This document shows, one piece after another, positions 10,167 through 20,012 of a stretch of 64,000 nt of DNA; the first letter of the stretch is position 1; the number at the start of each line of letters is the position of its first letter. Both the position numbers and the translations under genes were made by a program. The notes beneath the pieces were generated by a model. It had not been told where the DNA came from. It searched no databases and saw only the letters and a program-made list of their open reading frames with translations. The stretch is from Vulcanimicrobiota bacterium (GTDB lineage: Bacteria > Vulcanimicrobiota > Xenobia > Xenobiales > JADMJV01), in NCBI GenBank assembly GCA_050250895.1, contig JBFWNU010000001.1, forward strand, positions 3,172,891 to 3,236,890. Direction: 5' to 3'.

Positions 10167-11762
10167 CTACAAAGAGGACTGGAAGTCGCGCTTTAATCGG
10201 GACAACACTTCTTGGCCTGCTCGCACTCCGTGGTACTGAGCCTCTTCGAAAATGGAAATTCCGGACAGGTCCGAGTGCGCAAACGAGACATTCTCGACCG
10301 GCTCGGCGGCTCGCCGTCGCGGCTCACCCCAGAGGAAACCTGGGGTGGGCCGCACCATGGCGTGGCCCAGCAGACACACATCGAGCCTGCGCACCATGCT
10401 TTCGATGCCCGGATAAACGGTATCGAATTCGGCCAGCACGAGGTCGCGCCAGTAGGCCCAATCGGTCCTTAGCAGCTCTTTGCGCATGGCGGCCGGTTCG
10501 CCCTCGAGCATGGGACGATACCAGGTGAACACGGTCGGGCGCCGCCGGGTGGTGGCCAGGCTCTGATGGGTCGCTACCACGTATCCCAGCGACGGGCTCT
10601 CGTAAAAGACATTGTCCCAGGCCAGTTCAGCCCCCGAGTAGGTCAGTTCTTCGGGATAACGCTCCAGCACCAGGTTGGCCGTGACCCAGGCCGAATAGGA
10701 AAAGGCCGGTTGCGGCTGGCCCATCGTCTTTTCGCGCGTGAAGCTCGGCAAAGCGTAGACGATCTGGTCGGCCTCGACCCGCACGAGTTCTGAAGTGCCA
10801 AGATCGAGATAGTCGAAGCCCTGGCCGGGGCGTACCGCCACCACCAGGGAGCGCGGTCGCAAGCGTTCTCCCACCACCCCCAGCAAGTGGCGCGCCAGAT
10901 GACCGTTGCCCTCGGGCCAGACCAGCAACTCTTCGCCCTCAGAAAAGCCTCCGCCGTCGCGACTGCAATGGTAGTGCAGTCCCGCCCAGGCCGAAGTTTG
11001 CTCGAGCAGGGTGCCGTAGTCGTCTCGGCAGCCGTACTCCAGCAGCCACCGCAGACGGGGTGAGGTCCAGCCGTGACGATCGGCGAACGAGGCAAAACTC
11101 TCCTGATCGAGGGCCCGCAACTCGGGGGTGTCGGCAGAGTAGGCCAGGGGCAGCGCGAAAGCCTTGCGACCCTGGGGATCGCGCCACTCTTGCCAGGCTT
11201 GAACCACGGCTTGAAACGACTCGAGCTGCTGGAAGTCTTCGTCGCTGGCCCCGATCGAAGGAAAGAGGCCCTCTTGCCAGCGGCCATAGAGGAAAATGCG
11301 TTCCTGGGGAGAGTGGCAAAGATGACGGGTGTCGTAGCGCGGTGACCCATCCGGCTCCTGGCCGAGATAGATACCCATCTCCTCGAGCAACTCTCGCACG
11401 GCTCTCGATTCGACCGTGGGAATCGGCAGATAGTGGGCGGCCAGCGGGGCTGCCGATTCGGGATAGTCAAACCAGCGCGAGTTGCCGCCCCCGCGCTCTT
11501 CCAGGTCGAAGACCTCGAAATCGGAATAGCCGCTCCGTTCGAGTTTCCAGGCCGCCGACAGGCCGGCGATTCCGGCCCCCAGGATGGCCGTGCCCAGTTT
11601 GCGGCTGCGGCTGGGCTGGCTGGGGAATTTGCCATCGCGCAGGCGGTGGCCGCTGCTAGAGTCTGGGCCGCGCGAGGCTCCCGCGAGGGGACGCGACGAG
11701 GCTTTGCAGCCCCCCAGACCCAGCATCAACAGGCTACCCTTTAAGAATTCGCGTCGCTTCAA
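10167..11762 (-). CDS. FAD-dependent oxidoreductase (amine oxidase-like) with Tat/lipoprotein signal
   Basis: KRREFLK twin-arginine motif, LGGC, GAGIAGLSAA dinucleotide-binding motif, AHSDLSG..FEEA C-terminus. Confidence 0.85.
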   Translation of the reverse strand: MKRREFLKGSLLMLGLGGCKASSRPLAGASRGPDSSSGHRLRDGKFPSQPSRSRKLGTAILGAGIAGLSAAWKLERSGYSDFEVFDLEERGGGNSRWFDYPESAAPLAAHYLPIPTVESRAVRELLEEMGIYLGQEPDGSPRYDTRHLCHSPQERIFLYGRWQEGLFPSIGASDEDFQQLESFQAVVQAWQEWRDPQGRKAFALPLAYSADTPELRALDQESFASFADRHGWTSPRLRWLLEYGCRDDYGTLLEQTSAWAGLHYHCSRDGGGFSEGEELLVWPEGNGHLARHLLGVVGERLRPRSLVVAVRPGQGFDYLDLGTSELVRVEADQIVYALPSFTREKTMGQPQPAFSYSAWVTANLVLERYPEELTYSGAELAWDNVFYESPSLGYVVATHQSLATTRRRPTVFTWYRPMLEGEPAAMRKELLRTDWAYWRDLVLAEFDTVYPGIESMVRRLDVCLLGHAMVRPTPGFLWGEPRRRAAEPVENVSFAHSDLSGISIFEEAQYHGVRAGQEVLSRLKRDFQSSL

Positions 11763-13249
11763 TTGTTCAGGGCCGACCAGTCCTGCTGGTAGTAGCGCAC
11801 CAGGGACTGGTCAAAAAGCCGGTTGACATCGGCGGGGACGCGAGCCATATCCTGGGGAAAGATGAACATGCTCTCGGCCACGGCCGGGTTGAGGAACTGC
11901 AGCCCAGGAGGCAGGTCGAGGTGGCTCGGCAGCGGGGTCTTCGAGATCAGGGCGAAGCCCCATTCGCCGAACGAGGGCACGAAGGCGTGGTAGGGACGCA
12001 CCACAAAGCCGGCGCTCTCGATGGTGCTGATGATACACCAGAACGAGCGGCGGGCGTACATCGGCGAGGTGCACTGGACGGCCGCTACGCCGTCTTCGGT
12101 CAGGTGCGATTTGAGGGCTCGATAGAAGAGGTCGGTGTAGAGCTTGCCCACCGAGTAGTTGCCCGGGTCGGGAAAGTCCACCAACGCCACGTTGAACTTG
12201 CGATCGCTTTGCTCAAGCCAGATGAAGGCATCCTGATAGATGACCTCGACCCTGGACGAGTTAAGCGCGCCGTGATTGAGGGCGGCCAGTTCAGGGTTGT
12301 TCTTGAACAGTTCGATCATGGTGGGATCGAGTTCGACCAGGGTGATGGTCTTGACCCGATCGTCCTTGAGTAGCTCGCGCACCGCCAAACCGTCGCCACC
12401 GCCCAGCACCAGGACGTGCTCAGGATTGGGGCTCGAGGTGAGGGCGGGATAGACCAGCGCTTCGTGATAGCGATATTCGTCGGCCGAGGCAAATTGTAGG
12501 TTGCCGTTGAGGTAGAGGCGGGTCTCGCGCCTGCCCCGGGTAACGGCGATGCGCTGATAAGGAGTGTTGCGGGTCAAGATCACCTCATCAGGATAGAGGG
12601 CCTCTTCGGCCAGGCTGGTGAGTTGGGTCGAATACAGCGCGCCCGCCAGCAGAAAGACCAGAATCGCGCTTCCCTGCACCAGCACGCCGCTGAAGCCGGG
12701 CTTGCCCAGCTTGTGATAGAAAACCAAAGCTACCATCACATTGACCATGCCGAAGACGAAGGCCGTGCGCATCAAGCCCAGTTGAGGCACCAGAAAGAGA
12801 GGAAAGAGGATCGAGGCGACCAGGGCGCCGACATAATCCAGCGCCAACACCTGCGAGACCAGATCCTTGAAATCGAGGTGATCCTTTAGCAAGCGCAGCA
12901 GCAGAGGGATCTCGACCCCCACCAACGTACCGATGGCGAAGACCAGCAAATAGAGCACCAGACGAAAGCCGCTGCCGTAGCCGAAGGTGAGATAGAGGAT
13001 GGCAGTCGAGCACCCTCCCAGCAGACCCACCAGCAATTGCAGCTGGACAAAGGGCATCATCAGGCCTCGCGTCACGTACTTGGAGAGATAGCTGCCGACC
13101 CCCATGGCGAACAGGTAAGTGCCAATCACGGTCGAGAACTGCAACACCGAGTCGCCCAGCAAATAGCTGGCCAGGGCTCCGGCGATCAACTCGTAGACCA
13201 GGCCGCAGGTGGCGACCAGGAAGACCGATGCCAGAATCAGGAGGGGCAC
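11759..13249 (-). CDS. speE: Membrane-anchored polyamine aminopropyltransferase (spermidine synthase)
   Basis: N-terminal multi-TM domain; TPYQRI, LNGNLQF, YHEALV, VLGGGDG, VELD and DFPDP motifs. Confidence 0.9.
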   Translation of the reverse strand: MPLLILASVFLVATCGLVYELIAGALASYLLGDSVLQFSTVIGTYLFAMGVGSYLSKYVTRGLMMPFVQLQLLVGLLGGCSTAILYLTFGYGSGFRLVLYLLVFAIGTLVGVEIPLLLRLLKDHLDFKDLVSQVLALDYVGALVASILFPLFLVPQLGLMRTAFVFGMVNVMVALVFYHKLGKPGFSGVLVQGSAILVFLLAGALYSTQLTSLAEEALYPDEVILTRNTPYQRIAVTRGRRETRLYLNGNLQFASADEYRYHEALVYPALTSSPNPEHVLVLGGGDGLAVRELLKDDRVKTITLVELDPTMIELFKNNPELAALNHGALNSSRVEVIYQDAFIWLEQSDRKFNVALVDFPDPGNYSVGKLYTDLFYRALKSHLTEDGVAAVQCTSPMYARRSFWCIISTIESAGFVVRPYHAFVPSFGEWGFALISKTPLPSHLDLPPGLQFLNPAVAESMFIFPQDMARVPADVNRLFDQSLVRYYQQDWSALNN

Positions 13250-13252
13250 GTT

Positions 13253-13447
13253 CTACTTGTGGTTGTAGTAGACCGTGTTGTAATGCGTGGTGCCGCCCGG
13301 GTTGCTGCGCACAGTACTCGGGTTGTAGTAGGCCCGCGACGGGATTCGCGCCGAGGTGTCATAGTCGCCGGTGTTGACGCCGCGGAACTGGAAAAAGCAG
13401 AAAAGACCGAAGATCGTGAGCGCGAAGACTGTGTACAGGTTTTTCAT
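13253..13447 (-). CDS. Small membrane protein of the DUF4178/speE cluster
   Basis: 64 aa, one N-terminal TM, AGGA RBS, tightly packed in the operon. Confidence 0.75.
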   Translation of the reverse strand: MKNLYTVFALTIFGLFCFFQFRGVNTGDYDTSARIPSRAYYNPSTVRSNPGGTTHYNTVYYNHK

Positions 13448-13459
13448 CGATGCATTTCC

Positions 13460-15418
13460 TTAGGCGTGGTCTGACTGAGACCAGCGTCGGGTCTCGAAGC
13501 TATTGTAGCGGGCGGTGGTGATGAGCGGGCTCCAGATGAGCAAGAAAATCAAGGTGAGCACCCAGCCCCACTGCGGAACTCCGCGCGTCACCTTGAGGGT
13601 GTAGCTGAATTGTCGGGTGGGCTTGGCGCCGGCGGCGGGAGGCTTGTTCTCGTCTTTCTTGCCGCCAGCACCGGCCGTCTGAATATCCCAGTTGAGCACG
13701 TAGGTCCCGGGCGGAATCGAGCTGAGCAAGATGCGGCCCTGCCGGTCGCCGCGGCTATAGTAATAGCTCAGATTCTTGCCGAAGACGTAGCGTTTCTTGG
13801 TCTTTTGGTTGACCAGCGACATGTTGAAGTAGGCCCAACGGTTGCTGAGATTATTGGCCGCAATGTCGATGGCCAGATTCGAGGTCGGTCCTTTGACTTC
13901 GAAGGGCTCGCTTACCTTGCTCGGCTCTTGCTCGTAGGACATGTGGTCAAACGACTTGTTGTAGAGCGGCTTCTGATTCATCGAGGTGAACCACTGGAAG
14001 CCGGTGATCAAGAACGCCAGCACCACCAGAAGCTTGAACAGCCGCCACACCGCCACTCGCTTGTCGGTCAACGGATTGGGTTGGTTGGGGGCCACCCCGG
14101 AGGTGCGCGGGGGACGTCCTTCGAGGCCGAAGCCTTCCCAGACATCCTGCCCGGTGACGTAGACCCCGTGAGACCAGTCGATGCCGTTCTCGCTCACCTC
14201 CATGGACAGGATGTCAGGAGGGGCGATGTAGTCGTGATTGACGGTCGGGTCGCCCAGGGCCACGCGCCAGTAGAATTCGCCCGCTACGTAGTCGACTCGC
14301 CCCTGCGAGGACTGGAAATGACGGAAAGGCCGGCCGTCCCACTGGATGTCGGATTGGGTTGGAAAGCTGACCGGAGCATTGCCTTGCTCAGGCAGTTTCT
14401 TGAGGGCGTCCATCAGCGTGAAGTGCCCGTCGGATTCGGTCAGCCAGCGATACCCCTTGTAGCGGTTGTGGAGCAGGTACTCCGACCAGGGATAGGCGAC
14501 GCCTTCATAGGTGACGCTGCGCCGCATGAAGCCGATGCACTCCCATTCGGCCTCTTCGAGCATGGCCTTAGAGCCCAGCGGGATCGAAGGCGGGACCTTG
14601 TGAGCCCGTTGCTGCTCGGCCTTCCACAGAATGGCCATATTGGGGTCGCGGGCGTCGATGGCGGCATCGCAGTATTCGCAAACGATCACCTGGCTGCGCG
14701 GACCGCCCTTGATTTCGAGCGGGGCGCCGCAGGAGGTGCAGTTGAACTTCTTGACCGCTCCGAAGTGCAGGGTCGGCCCGGCCATGTCGTCGGCCTCGGT
14801 CGACGCCTCGCGCAGGCCGCGGAACTCGAGTTGCTCGAAGGGCACGTACTCGCCCATGAAGAGGATGGGGCTTTCCTCGGAGTAGTCGATGGTGGCGGCC
14901 TTGCCGCTGCAGCTGCGTAAGTCGGCTGAAGGCAGCGCATACTCGCCCGGCATGATGAAAGGCAGCTCGCCCTCGTAAGAGACCACCTTCGAGGTCATCA
15001 GATTGGTGACGGCATAGGCCTCGCCCTCGAGCCGCAAGACCTGGCCCAAGGCCAGTTGACTATAGGCGGGCAGGCCGTCCGCCTTCTGATCGAACGAGAG
15101 GAAATATTCGCCGGCGGCCTCTCCGAGCCAGCCGACCTTGCGGTCCTGGTAGTGCAGGCACCACTCGTTCCAAAAGCCTGCCTCATGGCGGATCTGGATG
15201 CGGCCCACGAGCTCGAACTGGACGCCGTTGTATCGTCCCTGCGTTCCCAGTTGGAGCGGCGTACCGTCGGGCTGGAGTTCGGCCACCTTGCCGATCATCT
15301 CGACGTTGACATCCTGGCGAACCAGCAGTGCGTTGCACGCTCCGCAAGTTGCGTAAACTGAGAGTTCAGACTTGAAGCGGACGGCAGAACCGCATGATGG
15401 ACAGTTGCACTGTATCAC
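13460..15418 (-). CDS. DUF4178 domain protein (two zinc ribbon + DUF4178 modules, C-terminal TMs)
   Basis: CPSCG..CGAC and CTSCG..CEYC ribbons; WNEW, GELPF, WSEYLL and GEFYW motifs; C-terminal FETRRW. Confidence 0.85.
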   Translation of the reverse strand: MIQCNCPSCGSAVRFKSELSVYATCGACNALLVRQDVNVEMIGKVAELQPDGTPLQLGTQGRYNGVQFELVGRIQIRHEAGFWNEWCLHYQDRKVGWLGEAAGEYFLSFDQKADGLPAYSQLALGQVLRLEGEAYAVTNLMTSKVVSYEGELPFIMPGEYALPSADLRSCSGKAATIDYSEESPILFMGEYVPFEQLEFRGLREASTEADDMAGPTLHFGAVKKFNCTSCGAPLEIKGGPRSQVIVCEYCDAAIDARDPNMAILWKAEQQRAHKVPPSIPLGSKAMLEEAEWECIGFMRRSVTYEGVAYPWSEYLLHNRYKGYRWLTESDGHFTLMDALKKLPEQGNAPVSFPTQSDIQWDGRPFRHFQSSQGRVDYVAGEFYWRVALGDPTVNHDYIAPPDILSMEVSENGIDWSHGVYVTGQDVWEGFGLEGRPPRTSGVAPNQPNPLTDKRVAVWRLFKLLVVLAFLITGFQWFTSMNQKPLYNKSFDHMSYEQEPSKVSEPFEVKGPTSNLAIDIAANNLSNRWAYFNMSLVNQKTKKRYVFGKNLSYYYSRGDRQGRILLSSIPPGTYVLNWDIQTAGAGGKKDENKPPAAGAKPTRQFSYTLKVTRGVPQWGWVLTLIFLLIWSPLITTARYNSFETRRWSQSDHA

Positions 15419-16509
15419 GCAGACGGTTTGGCGGTAAGTGTCGCCGATTCCTCTCCAAATTTCAGTTCGGGGTTCTTTCGCCGCTTCCAGATGAAGCCGT
15501 CGAGCACGTAGTGTGTTAGTTGCGGAACGGCCAACAAGGGGACCAGCCAGCGATCGACGCCAGGCAAATGCCAGGGTGCTCCGAAGAGCCAGTCGTGATC
15601 AGGCCAGACGGCCCGATTCCAGAACATCTCCTCGCAGAAGGCCAGGGCCCAGACGGTCAAAAGAAAAGGGACGATGCCTTGAATCAGGGGACCGCGTTCG
15701 CCCTTTTGGCGCGCCTCATGGCTGCGGCGGCGCGTGTGCCAGTAGACCAGGGCCATGTAGGGAATGCCGTGGATGAGCACGTTCGTGACGGTGAACGCAT
15801 AGTCCGAGTTGAACGTGATGATGCCGACATACCAGCACACTGCGGTGGTGACCATGACGATATCCCGACCCGGATTGGGCGTCCCCTTCTTCCAGGAGGC
15901 CGCCGAACGGGCTATGTAGGCCAGCATGATCAGCCAGTAGAGGGGGGTGGCCAACTGAGCCACCGCCTGGGGCAGGCTGGTGAAGTCGTCGTTTAGGAAC
16001 CACCAGAACTTGCGGGGCATATTGGCATGCCACCAGATCAGAGGATAGAGGGTGGTGGCGTAGATGGCCACCGTGTCCACCCAGCGCGTCCAGTCGTTGG
16101 GTTCGTTCAATCGCCGCCGGTAGAGGGCCACCCATCCATATTGCTGGCGCACGAAGTGCCAGACGGCCAGATAGGCCAGCACGCGCCAGAAGACTTCTGA
16201 GCCGAGTCGATAAAGCCCCAGGCCGATGGCGAACCCCGCCAGGGGCGTCAAGAGATAAAGGCCCGGGCGGCGGCGCACCTCGGCCGGGTCGAAATAGACT
16301 TTGAACCCGGTCGAGTAGACGTGAGCCACATCGACTAGCAAGACCGCATAGACCCAGGTCCATTCGGGCGTGTCGCGATCGAGAAGCCCCAGTTCGTAAC
16401 CCACTGCCAGGGCCAACAAAGCCAAACCGGCACTGCCCAAAAAGACGCCCAGGTCCACCGCTGGTGAGAAAAGCCACCAGCCACGCGGGGTTTTGCTTTC
16501 GCCGGCCAT
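15415..16509 (-). CDS. Conserved polytopic membrane protein with His motifs
   Basis: Multiple TMs; DVAHV, WHFVRQQYG, HGIPY and HYVLDGFIW; overlaps the DUF4178 start by 4 nt. Confidence 0.8.
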   Translation of the reverse strand: MAGESKTPRGWWLFSPAVDLGVFLGSAGLALLALAVGYELGLLDRDTPEWTWVYAVLLVDVAHVYSTGFKVYFDPAEVRRRPGLYLLTPLAGFAIGLGLYRLGSEVFWRVLAYLAVWHFVRQQYGWVALYRRRLNEPNDWTRWVDTVAIYATTLYPLIWWHANMPRKFWWFLNDDFTSLPQAVAQLATPLYWLIMLAYIARSAASWKKGTPNPGRDIVMVTTAVCWYVGIITFNSDYAFTVTNVLIHGIPYMALVYWHTRRRSHEARQKGERGPLIQGIVPFLLTVWALAFCEEMFWNRAVWPDHDWLFGAPWHLPGVDRWLVPLLAVPQLTHYVLDGFIWKRRKNPELKFGEESATLTAKPSA

Positions 16510-16703
16510 GACCTTCGGCTTCTCTAGCGAAGAGGTGGACCCTTTTCGATTCTCGTGGGTTACCAATCGGTAACATCTTGTCCGTTGTCTCGAACGGGGG
16601 AATGGCTTTACGATGGGATTCGAGGGAAACCATCCAGAACGCGATTTCAGAGAAATTTCAACACTTTTCCGTAGGATGGTGACTCTAGAAGGAGTCTGCT
16701 CAT

Positions 16704-19043
16704 ATGAAAGTACCTGGCAACACAGTCAAACTCGGTGACATCACGCTTCGCCCCGAGAACGTGAACGTCGATACCATCAAGACCCTGGCCGACAAAGCGG
16801 CCGGTTCGGGGGTCGCAGAGGCCAAGGAGGCCAAGGCGGCCATCGATAACTGGGCCAAGACCGGAGAGATCAGCACCGAAGACTATGCCAAGGTAGAAGA
16901 CTTCCGCAAGGCCGCGGGACGCCAGTTCCGCGACCTCAAGAGCGAGTTCTGGGATCGCAAGAATGGCGGTGCCAACTGGGAAGACCTCAAGCCCGTCGAG
17001 GCCAAGATGGGCAAAGTCGGCGCCTTCCTTCACCTCAACGAGAAGATCCGCACCGAATTGCGCGAAGCCACCGCGCTGACAGCCGTCCAGGCTGCGGCGG
17101 GCGCTTCCTTCTCGGGTCCCGTGGGGGTGGTGGCCCTTTATGCCGCCTATTCCAACGGAGCCACCTGGGATGGCTCGGCCGATAAAGCCACCAAAGAATT
17201 ACTCGAGACCTACCAGGGCTACCTCAGTGGCGACTCGCGCATGATTACTGAAGGCAACCTGGTCGAGCAATTCCATCGCGACAGCCTCTGGCACTCCATG
17301 AACGGAGGGCTCAAAGAGGGTATCGCGGACGCCAAGGCCGGCGAGTCGGTCGAACTGACCGAGCAATACTATGAACTCACCTCGGCCGAGATTCTCGGCA
17401 AGAACGCCGAAGCTGTCGACGCCAAAGCCAAGTTTCGGGGCAACATCGATCCCGGCCGCTTGAGCTACCCGGATAAGGACGACAAGGGCTCCTACTTCGA
17501 TGTGGACGACATCCCTCACAAGATGCGCACCGTCATCCAGCTGCTCTCGAAGAAAGGTGCCGATGTCGGCCTCACCATCTTCGCCGTCAACAAGTTGCTC
17601 AACAATAATCCCGAGAACCTGATGCATCGCAAGGTCTTGCGCAAGAACGACGAGGTGACCCTCAGCGGCATGAACGCCAACGACGGGTCGGGCGAGAATG
17701 TCGATGCCGGTTACCGCTTCCGCGGGCCGGTTGCCCGCAAGATTATGGAGAACCTCAAGCGCGATGTGGCCAACTCGGTGGGGGCCGGCATCGAGGAAAT
17801 CTGGGGCGAGAAGCACTTCCAGGGCTTCACCGATGGCCGCCTGAAGGTAGGCGTTCGCGGCATGACCGCCATTCTCGACGTGCTGGGCGGACCCGCTCCG
17901 GCCGACCAGGAACTGGACAAGCCCACCAACATGAAAGAACTCGAGGCCCTGGCCAAGAAGGCCAAGGTCAAGCTGGCCGAGCTGATCGAGGCTCCCGACG
18001 GAGGCGAAGAGAAGGCTCTCGAGGCCATGCTTCACGGCGCAAAGGTCGAGCTGAGCGCTACCGGAAAAGAAAAACTCATCTCGATCATCAACCAGGCCGT
18101 GACCATGACCCAGGCTCCCGACAACATCGAGAGGGCTCAGGATATCAGTCTGCCCTCGGGCGAAAAGGTCGGCACCACCCGGGTGGATCTGGCCGACTTG
18201 CCTACCGAGCGCGAGACGCTGATGCTCGATGCTATCGCCAAAGCCGAAAAGTTCATCTATCTGCCCGGCTTCGTGGTGACCAGGGCGGTGGCCGCCGCCA
18301 TCGTGGCTCGCAAGAACGAACTCGCGGCCCAGGGCAAAGAGCTTGATGTGAAAGTCATCGCCGACCCGGGCGTCTACCCCGGCGGCGACACTCCCAACAG
18401 CTGGGGAGTGAAATTCCTCGAGGATCACGGCATCAACGCCCGCTGGGCGATGCTGACCCGCTCGGGCTGGCACGACCGCAAGATTCACGCCAAGCAGCTG
18501 ATCACCGACAAGGGCGAGATGACCGGCAGCACCAACTTCTCGAACAAGGGAATGAAAGACAACTGGGAGACCTCGACCTTCGTCCACTTCGACCCCGAGG
18601 ATCCCAAATCGATGGCCGATCGCGACCGTTCGGTCGCCCAGTTCATGGAACTGTGGCAGAACAACTCGTTCGAACTCAGCACGCTCGACCTGGCCGGTTG
18701 CTGGAACCGCTACAAACCCGCCGAGGGCAAAGAATACATGGTCGAAGACTCGCGCAACGGCGCCGTCAAGAAGATCATCGGCTGGCTCGAGGATTACGAG
18801 AAAGAAACAGCCGGCTTCATGGCCCGCCTGGCCAAGCGGCCCGACATCGCGCCGGTGGTGGCGTCGATGGTCGCCGACGGCTACTCCGAAGGAGATGCGA
18901 TTCTCAACGGCGTGGTGTCGGTCATCGGTGAACGTCACTACTACGAGGGTCTAGCCCAGCTGCCGGCCTACAAGACGCTGATGGAAGAGAAGGGGAAGGT
19001 CGAGGCCTGGAAGGCCAGAGAGGCTCGCTTCAATAAAGGCTAG
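16704..19043 (+). CDS. Phospholipase D superfamily protein (two HKD-type motifs), no signal peptide
   Basis: HRKVLRKND..SGMN (degenerate) and HAKQLITD..GSTNFS..NWE; AAGGAG RBS. Confidence 0.8.
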   Translation: MKVPGNTVKLGDITLRPENVNVDTIKTLADKAAGSGVAEAKEAKAAIDNWAKTGEISTEDYAKVEDFRKAAGRQFRDLKSEFWDRKNGGANWEDLKPVEAKMGKVGAFLHLNEKIRTELREATALTAVQAAAGASFSGPVGVVALYAAYSNGATWDGSADKATKELLETYQGYLSGDSRMITEGNLVEQFHRDSLWHSMNGGLKEGIADAKAGESVELTEQYYELTSAEILGKNAEAVDAKAKFRGNIDPGRLSYPDKDDKGSYFDVDDIPHKMRTVIQLLSKKGADVGLTIFAVNKLLNNNPENLMHRKVLRKNDEVTLSGMNANDGSGENVDAGYRFRGPVARKIMENLKRDVANSVGAGIEEIWGEKHFQGFTDGRLKVGVRGMTAILDVLGGPAPADQELDKPTNMKELEALAKKAKVKLAELIEAPDGGEEKALEAMLHGAKVELSATGKEKLISIINQAVTMTQAPDNIERAQDISLPSGEKVGTTRVDLADLPTERETLMLDAIAKAEKFIYLPGFVVTRAVAAAIVARKNELAAQGKELDVKVIADPGVYPGGDTPNSWGVKFLEDHGINARWAMLTRSGWHDRKIHAKQLITDKGEMTGSTNFSNKGMKDNWETSTFVHFDPEDPKSMADRDRSVAQFMELWQNNSFELSTLDLAGCWNRYKPAEGKEYMVEDSRNGAVKKIIGWLEDYEKETAGFMARLAKRPDIAPVVASMVADGYSEGDAILNGVVSVIGERHYYEGLAQLPAYKTLMEEKGKVEAWKAREARFNKG

Positions 19044-19051
19044 CCCAGCGC

Positions 19052-19795
19052 TTACCCGCAGTCCCAGTTGTAGAAGACAGTGTCGAACCTCAGCCTGGCC
19101 AGATCCGCGGGCTTGATGAAGAAGTTACCCACGCCGGCATCACCCCACATGATGTCGGCGTGGTCGTCTGTGTCGATCTGGAGCAGCAACTCATAGTCTC
19201 GAAGCGCCGGCCGGTATTCGCGCGGATCGACCTGGGTGAAGCCCGGATAGCCGCCCAGGCGGTGCCCGTCGCCAGAGCACAGTTCGTAGTAGGCCTCCAT
19301 CAACTCGTCGGTATATAGTCCCAATTGCTCGAACCGATAGTCGGCCGCCGAAACCGGTGCCTCGGCCTTCATGAACCGCATACCGTAGCTGCCATGGACC
19401 GGCAGAGAGTCGGTGGGCGGAAGAAAGCTGAAGTCGGTCACCAGATCGTGCTGGCGAACTTCGGGGAGGTAGATGACCCGGAACCCGTTTTGTTTGCGCT
19501 GCCCATCCAGGTCCAGGCCATACATATCATCGTCGGCGATGAAAAACTGCAGCAGGCCGTCCTGGGGGAAGCCATCCAGTCTGGGAGTCTCGCTAAAGTT
19601 GATCTGAGCCAGCAGGTAGAGCGGGCCGTCGGGGCCCTGGGGGTATTCGGCTTCGAGCGGCAGATAAGGAGGGCCCCCGATGCGGCTACTCCACGGCGCC
19701 GGCACCGAGCCCGGCAAGGGATCGAGGGCGATGTGCGGCCGGACGGTAGCGGCAATCGCTTTTCGATAGGGCTCGAGCAGGGCGGGCAGTTGCAT
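19052..19795 (-). CDS. YwqG/DUF1963 family protein
   Basis: SRIGGPPYLP, LLAQINF, GLLQFF, HRLGGYP, LLLQID and MWGDAG. Confidence 0.88.
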   Translation of the reverse strand: MQLPALLEPYRKAIAATVRPHIALDPLPGSVPAPWSSRIGGPPYLPLEAEYPQGPDGPLYLLAQINFSETPRLDGFPQDGLLQFFIADDDMYGLDLDGQRKQNGFRVIYLPEVRQHDLVTDFSFLPPTDSLPVHGSYGMRFMKAEAPVSAADYRFEQLGLYTDELMEAYYELCSGDGHRLGGYPGFTQVDPREYRPALRDYELLLQIDTDDHADIMWGDAGVGNFFIKPADLARLRFDTVFYNWDCG

Positions 19796-20012
19796 CTGCC
19801 GCGCATTCGCGTCGACCTGCTCGGCACCTCTTAGGGCGAGGGGTGGAGCTTTTCTTGGAGAGTTTTTTGCAGTCTCTGTTGGAACGGCCACGAGCCGGCA
19901 ACATGATCAAGTCTTTCGGAAACATACTTAACAATCGTGTAACAACCTTGGCCTCTCGCCGCGTTGGCCAATCACTACAATGGGGGCGAGACAAACAGGA
20001 GGCGTGTGCAAA

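Noticed and set aside
17199-18938. 579-aa minus-strand ORF
   Set aside because: Antisense shadow of the PLD gene, typical of high-GC codon bias.
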